Assembly: GCA_012026655.1 (NCBI GenBank)
Contig: JAAILG010000134.1
Location: 1 to 64,000, forward strand
Origin: Hydrolagus affinis
Taxonomy: Eukaryota
Length of the DNA stretch: 64,000 bases
Direction: 5' to 3'
Shown piece by piece: positions 49,463 through 59,025 of the stretch (within the stretch, counting starts at the first letter, position 1; every line of letters begins with the position of its first letter). The notes under the pieces were generated by a model that had not been told where the DNA came from, did not search any database, and worked only from the letters and a program-made list of their open reading frames with translations. Position numbers and translations under genes: made by a program.

Positions 49463-49512
49463 GGGACGTCCTCCTGACGTGAAAGGCGCTATACAAGTGT
49501 AATTTTGTTGTT
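49463..49512 (+). mobile_element. 50-bp L2 tail insertion with 8-bp TSD
   Basis: gggacgtcctcctgacgtgaaaggcgctatacaagtgtaattttgttgtt flanked by GTAGTTTT at 49455-62 and 49513-20. Confidence 0.85.
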
Positions 49513-50474
49513 GTAGTTTTACACTTAGGCAGGGAGAAATGCAAGGTGACTTCAGGCACAGTGGAAGGGTAAAGTCTTCGGGTGCAAACTGAAAATGGGC
49601 AAAGGCCTGGAGGCAAACTCCTACTATCATTCATCTCTTCGTCATTGGGATCAAGATGAATTAAAAAGCCTGGGTGAACAGCTGGATGATTTTTTGACAA
49701 CATCCACAAAGGTCAGACAGAGCTGTACAACATGGCTGAAATTTGGATCAATAAAGTTCCATTTCTGTCCCTCAACCAGTCTGCACATCAACCTTTGTTC
49801 TACAGAACAGCCCAAAGCCCATTGTAAGAGATTCCATTTGACTCGCTAGTGGAATTCATTAGGAAGAAAAAGAAGACTGAGCTGAGAATGGGAAAATTTA
49901 AATTTTCCACTTTGGATTTGTGATAGATTTGCCCTTACAGATGTTAACACATGTCAAGAGATAAACCAAGCTCTACCTACAGTTCAATTATAGTCAAAGG
50001 AAAAAAAGGTCTAAGAGCTGTACGTAACAAATCTCCTCAATTGTAGTTTGACAAAAAAAATCAGAGAGGCTTTTTGAAGATGTTTTATGATCACACCCAT
50101 ATGCTGAATGATAGCTACAGAGGATACACAGGACTGAGTGGAAGTCCTCTGACCTGTGCGGTTCACGTGGTAAATTTTTATTTGGATTGGCCATGAAATC
50201 AAATTGCCTGTGTAAACAGGAACTGTGTAAGTTAGAACTGAGACTTCAGTTACAACAGTCCGACTTCACATGGTGGTTCATTCCAATCTGGCTTTCCATG
50301 TTATTCAAAAGTTTTCCATAGTACAGTGTAGTATTGCTCAGTAAATCAAAAGAACTATTCTCTTTTTGAAATTTACCAACTGCTATCACTAGAACTGATC
50401 TGAAAGCATTGCGAATCTGCAATTTACTGAGAAGTTGCCTCAGTTTCACACCTCCATTGAGGATCCAGAATTCT

Positions 50475-50635
50475 ATAATAATAATCTTTGTATTCAATAT
50501 AGCGCCCCTCACATCAGGATAATGACTTGAAGCATTACAAAGTCTATATTGTAAAGTGTAGCAACTGAATTTTCTAATAATAATAATGCTTGCATTTGAT
50601 AAAGTACCTTTCAGTCGGTAGGATGTCCCAAAGCA
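50475..50635 (-). mobile_element. Two tandem SINE/L2-like tail fragments
   Basis: (AAT)n...aatatagcgcccctcacatcagg and (AAT)n gcttgcatttgataaagtacctttcagtcggtaggatgtcccaaagc. Confidence 0.6.
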
Positions 50636-51321
50636 AACGTGGCGACCAACGTACGAAAGCTATGTCACAATGAACAGCCATGATGTTAATGACTAATTTT
50701 AAGGAAGCAATGAAGCTCACTGGGGTAACTTCCCAATAGAGCGTAAGCCTACAGCTGGCCCACCCAAGGAGTGTTGGTAACTTGCCCAAAGCTGACCCAA
50801 TTCAAGTAATAAGCGAAAAGACAGAGAAGCTACCCTTTATAACCAGGGAGATACTGCAGCTTTATATTACTGTTTTCCCCTGATTCTTCCAATGATCCAC
50901 GACTTGCTCATCAACTGAATGAGATCATTGGAGCTCAGCTGTATGTTGCAGTAATGTATGCACTGGGAGCCCTGCAGTCCGTCATCTACTTTTACTTCCA
51001 GTTAGTAGCAGGACAATAGAAGAAAGAAAATGCCTATGCCACTGAAAATCATGGATGGCAAACGTCATCTCTTTTGTTTAATATAAATACCTCTAATGGA
51101 GAATGTTTTACCAGCAAAAGGAGATGTGCAAGAACAGCTACTGATTTCCAGCAGCACAGAACCACCCTGATAAAATCATTTATTCATTTATTCATATTTT
51201 AATTACATTACAGAAGTTAAAGCAAAAACTACCTGTTTTAAAAATAAAAAGTACTTTAATAGATTCTTCACAGATTCACCCTAATGAATGCTGCAAATTT
51301 ACCTTACGGCACCTCAGTGCT

Positions 51322-52564
51322 AATCATTTTGAATGACTTTTTTTGAAAATAGCAGACAATGCTATGGCTTTGAAATCAAATGTATTAAACTTTTAAGATA
51401 TTTTATGAAGTGTTGCAACAGGTCAAAATTTACTTCCAACAAATAAAAGACATCAAATGGAATAATTTAAGTCATACATAACAGCCCCTGATGAAGCGAT
51501 AATGTGCTGTTTGTCTTTGGGACATTGCTGCAGGGTTTGCTTTGGCCTCAGTTTTCCAGAGCATGTTTTTTTCACACAGCAAACATTGGCACCACTGTGT
51601 CTCAAATCTATTTCACAGAGCTGCAGAGAGGGTAGATTGAGGTCGGACACCGGTGGTTTTTGCTTTCAGCCTCAAACCAGAAATATTGAAAATGGCAACC
51701 AGCCGCACTGAAAATGCTGCAAATTCACTTTAATTTCTCCAATTGTTTTTCAGTTACAGTCACATTTAAAGTGCCTCTCTCATCCCCTCCTCCCATCCCT
51801 GGAACTATTTTCCATGACTCTGGTGAAATCTGATATTTATTCACAGCTGTACAATAACTCTAATCAGCCTGTATGTTTGACCAGTTGATTACAGGCAGCT
51901 TCTCTACATGCACTTGTCAATGATGGACGCTGATGGTACAGAAATACTTTTTGTAAAAAGCAAGTTCAATCAAAGCATTCATCTAGCTTTTTCCAGAGAC
52001 CAATGCCAATTTCCATGAATAGTACGCAATGTTCTGGTCAAACAAGAGAACAAGCTGAAAACACCATTTACTTAGAACCCTGGTCATTCATATTTCCTTA
52101 CCTTTAATTTTATACCTGCCAAGGTGTGGGACAGTGTTGGAAACCTGACTTTTTTTTAGTTTTGCATTGATAATCTTATCCGCATATGTACTCACAGGTG
52201 AGGTGCAGGAGGGGTAAGTGAGTTATATATCCTCTACTCTGGCTAAATGCACCTTAGTCCCCACCTCAGGAGGTACATATTAATTACTTGTTTAAGACGT
52301 TAACAACAACAACAAAATTACACTTAAAAAGCGCCTTCACATCAGGAGGACATCCCAATCATTTTTAAAGACTTCTTTGAAAATAACAGACAATGATATG
52401 CCTTTGAAATCACATATATTAAACTTTTACGATATTTTATTAAATGTTTCAACAGGTCAAAATTTACCTCCAACAAATAAAAGACACCAACTTGAATAAT
52501 TTAGGTCATACATAAGAGCCCCTGATGAAGCGATAATGGACATCGCTGCAGCATTTGCTTTGGC
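51322..52564 (+). repeat. Direct duplication of ~220 bp (51322-51546 and 52357-52564)
   Basis: aatcatttt...gaaaata.cagacaatg.tatg.ctttgaaatca...caacaggtcaaaattta...gcccctgatgaagcgataatg...gctttggc occurs twice; the second copy lacks ~16 bp. Confidence 0.92.
52302..52358 (-). mobile_element. L2 3' tail abutting the duplicated segment
   Basis: aacaacaacaacaaaattacacttaaaaagcgccttcacatcaggaggacatcccaa. Confidence 0.8.
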
Positions 52565-52597
52565 TAAGGATACTTCATGTGAAAAATTCATACTTAT

Positions 52598-52899
52598 GGG
52601 AATCAGTAGCTCAGTGATTAGAGCACTCGCCTTACAAGCGAGGGACCTGGGTTCAATCCCAGGCAGAGCAAAACCTTGGGCAACTTTTCTTACTCCACAT
52701 GCTTGATAATAATCCCTCAAAAAAAACTGAGCATTTCAATCCACAATTGTTTGTGGGACACTGGTGTGTGCAATTGGCTGCCGCGTTTCACCCACAAATA
52801 TACAATTAATTCACTTTACAGTATATTCTGTGAAGCGCTTTGAGACATCTAGAGGATGTGAAAAACACTATATCAAATGCAAGGATTATTATTATTATA
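52598..52899 (+). mobile_element. Full-length SINE
   Basis: gtagctcagtgattagagcactcgccttacaagcgagggacctgggttcaatccc...ccttgggcaac...tatcaaatgcaagg(ATT)n. Confidence 0.9.
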
Positions 52900-54659
52900 A
52901 CCACTGGCTTAAGACTCATTGCAGCTGGGTCAAGGCACGATAAAGAGAGCATTAATATTCTAACTCATTGTACTATAACTGATGTGAGAGTAATTGATGT
53001 TGAAACTGAGCGCCGAAATAGAGATGTGTAACATTCCCCAGCTCTCACCTTCAAAAGGCAAAAAAAAAAATCTTAAAAAAAGCAACACACGTACATCAAT
53101 TTTGGAGGATCAAAGGACCTTCCTCCAAAAGCTCCCTCAGAAAATAAAATGGGTGGGGATTAGCCATTTCTAAAGGTATTTCCTGTATTTTTATTTTGAT
53201 GACACTCAATGATTTCAGTAGGGATTGTCTGATTAAGTTAATGACAGACAACTATATAGGGGGAATCAGGAGTCCTCACTCAGTTTTTATTAGTAATTAT
53301 GTTCTTTTTTCAGACAGCATTTAGAGAGAGTGTGCAGCTTTTCAAGAGGTGTCCGTTGTCACATTCGTGAAAGTCTTTGTCACTGAATTGACATGTGTAA
53401 ATGTCTACATGGCATGTAGTTTGAACATCTCAGATCTATGAGTCAGAACTTTTAATTTGCCCTGTACAAAACAATGAAACTTGTACACATGAAGTGACCG
53501 GGTGACTGATTCCCCCATGATGTTTATTCAGGAACCTGGTGTTTTGGCAGAAGTTCATTCAATTCTGCTCTCATTGCTAATGTGGCTATGTTATAAGATG
53601 GCATATTAATTTACTTTCATCTCTTAACTGATGCCATACTCTGAGTGGGTGGTGTACAGTAGTTCACCTTCTGGGACTGATGACAGTGAATTAAAGGCTC
53701 CACCCCAGTTGAGTCACATAGTTCAACGTCAGCATCGAAAGCACCAGTGACTGGGCAGAGATCCAGCAGGACTCGCAAGCTTTAAAACTACATTGAGCCT
53801 TATAAAATGGAAACAGGCTAAACTGGAGCATACCAGAGTTTATATTCCACGTGAGCCTCCACTCCTCATCATCAACTCCTCATCCCCTTTCCCATACCCC
53901 TCAATTATGAATGAAGGCTAGTTTTTTTTAAAATGTAGAACATTGACTTGGTGACGGTTGGCAATGGGAAGTTGATTGTTCCTCTTTCTTATTAGATTTT
54001 CTTTTGAGTGCTGTAAAAGAATATACTTTTAATTCCTCCTGGCCCCCATGAAATTGTTTGCTCCAGAGTCTTTCTATTTTTGCAGGCCTTGCGATCAATG
54101 ATAAAGAGAAATGATAAAAGGTTAGAACATTTGGCTTTCATTTTGAAAAACTGAAAACTCTAAATATATATTTATAGGTTACTTTATAAGCAATAAAAAA
54201 TGTCTGGCAGTCAGATTGAAAGCAGTAATTTCAATGTTGTGGCTCTGTTAAACTGCTTATACTGTCTACAACACACTGGCAGCCTTGTATTATTATACTT
54301 AAGATATATATTAAAAAGCTAGCCAAATCTTCACAGCAAGATGTGTGCGATTTATAATCAGAATCAAACAATGAGCTACATGTCACTTCTTTCCCCTGTG
54401 GTTTAACTGAGAATTGACAAAGTCTTCCGAATATTGCCAAGCTTAAGTGGGAACTATTGTCAGAACTCAGTTGCAATATCTACCATGGGATTCATTTTGA
54501 CTCTACGGTTGGCTCTGGTTGCCAGTATGTGGATTTGTAAAAGCAGTGAATCATAAAGAATAGGACACAACATTTGCAAATGATTTTGTACATTGTGTTT
54601 CCCGATAACTTTCCAATTCATCAAACCAACAGAATAAGAGTGCAAAGATTCAGGATTAC

Positions 54660-54735
54660 AAAGGGTCATGGGATCTTTAATGACTACCTGAATAAGAAGA
54701 GGGGATCTCGGTTTAATGTCTCATCAGAAGGTAGG
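54660..54735 (-). mobile_element. Deu-domain fragment
   Basis: catgggatctttaatgactacctga...ggatctcggtttaatgtctcatcagaagg is the reverse complement of the Deu core. Confidence 0.6.
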
Positions 54736-55080
54736 AGATACCCAGGCCAACACCTTAATATTAGTTATCTCAGAACAAATTGGAGTTTTTTTTAAAGCAG
54801 GCTATTGCCATGAAACTTAAGTGTTGGGAATTATTATTATACTTCACTTATAAAAGCATGTGAATGGCGACTAATAAACAGTATGTTGGATCAGGAAAAT
54901 CAGTGCTTGACTGAGAATTTCACCAGAGTTTCACCTCAGCTCCTCAAACCTGGAGAGGTAAATTGTTTCAGAAGTGTGTTGATGTAGAAAATTGCTCTAG
55001 AAATCAAGTGAGTAAATTTCAAATGTTTGAGAAACAAACCGTATTTGGATATTAGGTAGGATAGAGATCGGGCCTGTTTA

Positions 55081-55332
55081 GACACCTCAAAGCACTTCAC
55101 AGAATATACTGTAAAGTGAATTTATAGGCAAAACACGGCAGCCAATTTCACACAGCAGCATCTCACAAACAATCGGGGATTGAAGTTTGGTTCTTGTTTT
55201 TTTTTCTTGAGGGATTATTATTACACGTGTGGAGTAAGGAAATTTTCTCAAGGTTTCGATTCCTGCTGGGAATCGAACCCAGGTCTCCCACTTGAGGGAC
55301 AAGTGCTCTAACCACTGAGCTGCAAGACTCCA
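55081..55332 (-). mobile_element. SINE lacking its terminal tail
   Basis: Head ggagtcttgcagctcagtggttagagcacttgtccctcaagtgggagacctgggttcgattcc; body runs to gaagtgctttgaggtgtc. Confidence 0.85.
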
Positions 55333-55709
55333 GTAGCTTGAGTATCTGCAACAGCCATGAACAGCTTTGGTAAAAGAATTTGCGGTCATTTCCATATGTT
55401 CATCCCAGGAGACAGCTCAGATGCAGATAAATATTCTGAGAGCCAGTTTTCAATGTTGTTGCCATAGTTTTAACTCTTCTTGGTAAAATTAAGGTTTCGA
55501 CAGCAACAGTTGGCATCAATGATGCAACAATTCCAATTTGCCAGCTGATTATGCCTGTTTAACCACAGCATGAAATATTTCCAATGCAATCGGATTTCTT
55601 CTGTTTTCCAGTCTAACCACAGGCATTCATTCTCAGCAGTGTATAAACTATAAGTATGTTTCTGGGCTGGCTGGGCTCGGACTGTTTGGTTACTTATTTA
55701 AGCCACTAT

Positions 55710-56370
55710 TATAGAATCATAGAATTTTATGGCACAAAAGGAGGCCATTCAGCCATCTAGTCTATGCTGATTCTTTGAAAAGAGCAACTTAATCCCACTG
55801 CCCAGCTCTCTCCCCATAACCTAACAGACCTGTTCTCCCTAAATAAAGTTCTAATTCTCTTTTAAAAAGCTGTTATCAAATCGGCCTCCACCACCTTTTC
55901 AGGCAATGCATTCCAGATTCGAACAACCCGCTGAGTGAAACAATTTCTCCTCAGCTCCCTTCTGCTTCATTTTGAAACTATTTTAAATCTGTGACCACGA
56001 GTCACAGATTTAAAATAGTTTCATCCACCAGTGGAAACAGTTTTTTCTTATTCACCCTTTTAAATCCCCTCACGATGTTATAAACCTCTATTTGGTCTCC
56101 TCTCAACCTTCTCTTTTCCAAGAGAATAAACCTAGTCTCTCTAACCTTTCCCCATAACTGAAGTCCTTCAATCCTGGTACCATTCTAGAAAACCTTCTTT
56201 GCACCATGCTGCCACTGTCCCTTTAACGCCAAGGGCCTCTACTTTCCTAATAAGCCTCTCATGTGACACTTTGTCAAATGCCTTTTGAAAATCCTTGTAA
56301 ACTAAATCAACTGTGCTACCCTCGTCCACCCATTCCGTTTCTATCAGATTTGTAAGGCAAGATTTGTGCC
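55710..56370 (-). mobile_element. CR1 LINE 3' region
   Basis: atagaatcatagaa tail, ggaggccattcagcc, ggcaatgcattccagatt...aacaacccgctgagtgaaa, and upstream gacactttgtcaaatgccttttgaaaatcc (DFQKAFDKV motif on the minus strand). Confidence 0.8.
55973..56023. repeat. Perfect 23-bp inverted repeat with 5-nt spacer
   Basis: TGAAACTATTTTAAATCTGTGAC cacga GTCACAGATTTAAAATAGTTTCA. Confidence 0.95.
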
Positions 56371-56661
56371 TTAAACTATCTCAAACTATCTCAGTACATT
56401 ATGGAGAGAAGTTCCAAACAATTATAGATCACGGCAGCCTCATGTAATTGAAGAAGCAGCGGGAAAACATGCTTCAATCTGCATTGCAAGTAGCAACTAC
56501 TTGACAAATTCAAGGATAATGAGCTTGCTTAGCTTTATTTAATCTACTGTATCCCCTTTGATCATAAACATGATAACAGCTCAACAGTTTGAATCTAGCA
56601 CCAAGTTTCTTCGATTAACATCTTCTCAGTTTAACTTGAAATTGCTTCCCCTCTACTCCAG

Positions 56662-56679
56662 TAAAAACTGGTCTTGAAG
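56662..56679 (+). other. Candidate 18-nt symmetric phase-1 microexon
   Basis: ttaac...tgcttcccctctactccag|TAAAAACTGGTCTTGAAG|gtgagta; only phase 1 is open (xKTGLEx). Confidence 0.35.
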
Positions 56680-57107
56680 GTGAGTATGTTATGCTCTCTA
56701 CATTCAATGAATTGCCCTTCTCCCATGTGTGAATCCACATGACATGGTGACAGCAGGGTTTAACAGGAAGCCTGCTACTATGGAAAGCTGATTATCTATT
56801 TGATTTTGACTAGATTCTTATTGCTGACTGATGCTTATGACTAAATGGCCATATTTTAAAGGTGAATTTCAGGAGAACCCCTTCCCACCCCTTCCCACCC
56901 CACCCCCTCCCCACACACACATACGCAAATTTGATATTGTGTTGTATTCAATCAGTTAGGAATTTCTAATGTACCCAAATTAATAAAGACATAAATGGCA
57001 TCCACAAAATTCGAATGATTTCACTCAATATATACACATGCCCTTTTACAAACATTAAAAACTAAATATTCCAATATACCACATTCTTCTGCATAACATG
57101 CATAGAT

Positions 57108-58514
57108 CACCATCAACCTTTCCCTCTCCTCAGGCACCATCCCTACCTCCCTTAAAACAGCCACCATCACCCCTATCCTGGAAAAACCCTCCCTTGATGC
57201 GTCGCAGCCATCAAGCTACCGACCCATCTCCAACCTCCCATTTTTATCCAAGGTCCTTAAAAGAGTGGTTGCCTCCCAGCTCCGTTCTTTCCTTTCAACT
57301 CACTCACTCCTTGAACCCCTCCAATCAGGTTTCCGCCCTGTTCACAGCAGGGAAACTGCCCTGGTTAAGGTCACAAAGGACATCCTAACTGCCTGCGACC
57401 AGGGCTCCCTCTGCCTCCTCATCCTCCTTGACCTGTCCGCTGCGTTCGACACAGTCGATCACACTATCCTCCTCCAACGTCTTTCCTCCCACCTCAACCT
57501 TCAAGGCACAGTCCTTGACTGGTTCCATTCCTACCTGACCCACTGCCTACATTTTGTATCTTCCAACGGTTTTTCCTCAAACCCTCGCAGTTTTTCATGG
57601 TATCCCCCAGGGCTGTGTCCTCAGCCCCCTCCTTTTCACCATTTACACGCTCCCTCTGGGCGATGTCATCCGCAAACATGGGGTAAATTTCCGCACATCG
57701 GGCGCTGCCAGCCTCAACATCCAAGGCTGTACTCTCCACCTCACAAAGCCAGTCAGGAACCTCGGCATCACGTTCGACCATAAACTCTCCTTCCTCCCCC
57801 ACATCCGTGCCTTGACCGGCACTGCTTATTTCCACCTGCGCAACATTGCCAGACTCCGCAATTATCGCACCCCCCACGCTGCCGAAACACTTATGCACGC
57901 GTACATCACCTCACGGCTGGACAACGGAAACTCTCTCCTCGTTGGCCTCCCCAGCTCCTCCATTCACAGGCTGCAGGTCATCCAAAACTCTGCAGCCCGT
58001 GTACTATCCGGCATCCGCGTCCGTGACCACATAACCCCCACCCTCGCCCATATCCACTGGCTCCCCATCCTCCAGAGGATCGAGTTCAAGATCCTCGTCC
58101 TCACCTTCAAGGCCTTACACGGCCTTGCCCCACCCTATTTATCTGACTTACTCTCCCCCTATAAGCCCACCCGGACCCTCCGTTCAGCAGGACTTGGCCT
58201 GCTCCAAGCCCCCCGCCCGAACCGCCCCACCATCGGAGGCCAGGCCTTCAGTTTCTCCGCTCCCACCCTATGAAATTCCATCCCCCAATCCCTCCGCCTT
58301 GTTTCCTCCCTTTCCTCTTTCAAGGCCGGTTTGAAGACTTTCCTCTTCGACCGTGCCTTTTGTTCCCCCCTGAACTTTTCAACCTCCCCTACGTGTTTCG
58401 CCCCTTCCTGAACACTCCCCTCCCAGCTCGGGTCACACGCCTCCTGTGCAGCGCCTTGGGACGTCCTCCCGACGTGAAAGGCGTTTCATAAGTTTAAATT
58501 GTTGTTGTTGTTGT
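57108..58514 (+). mobile_element. 5'-truncated L2 LINE with YADD-region deletion
   Basis: [87 protein letters not shown]; stem-loop plus (TTG)n tail; possible TSD TAGAT (57103-07 / 58515-19). Confidence 0.95.
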
Positions 58515-58629
58515 TAGATAGGTGTGTATAACAAACCATTCAACAACCTTAAGATACGATGTTCTTCAATGCAATGTTCAGAAATATCACACTCGCTGAT
58601 TTAACACAACCTTCCTCTCCATTTTAGTT

Positions 58630-59025
58630 AATGATGAGAAGCTGGGTATACTTGGGGGTGATTTGCCTGGGAGTAGAAGAGGTTAATGGGTTATTTGACT
58701 GTGGTAATTAAAATAGTGAAAGGAACTGATAGTTTAGAAAGTGGATGACTCCTTCAGTAAAGAGATCGGTCAAGATGGGTATATCTTTAAAATCAGCACC
58801 AAGATGGTTAAAACTGAGGTCAGGAGTATATCTTCACACAGAGGTTTAAAGGATGTTGAACCCTTCGCCCCAGAAGCCTTTCGAGTTAGAATCAATAGTG
58901 TTTAACAGATAGATACTTGGACAGTAGGGGGCAAGGAATTGGGAATTAACAATATAACAAACTGAAGAAACAGGCTTAATGGATTCAATGCCCCCTCCCA
59001 TTACTGTTTTCATATGTTCCTATCC
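58630..59025 (+). mobile_element. Degraded CR1 3' end
   Basis: gtagaagaggttaatgggttatttga...aaaatagtgaaagg...tcttcacacagagg...ggcttaatggattcaatgccccc...catatgttcctat. Confidence 0.5.
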
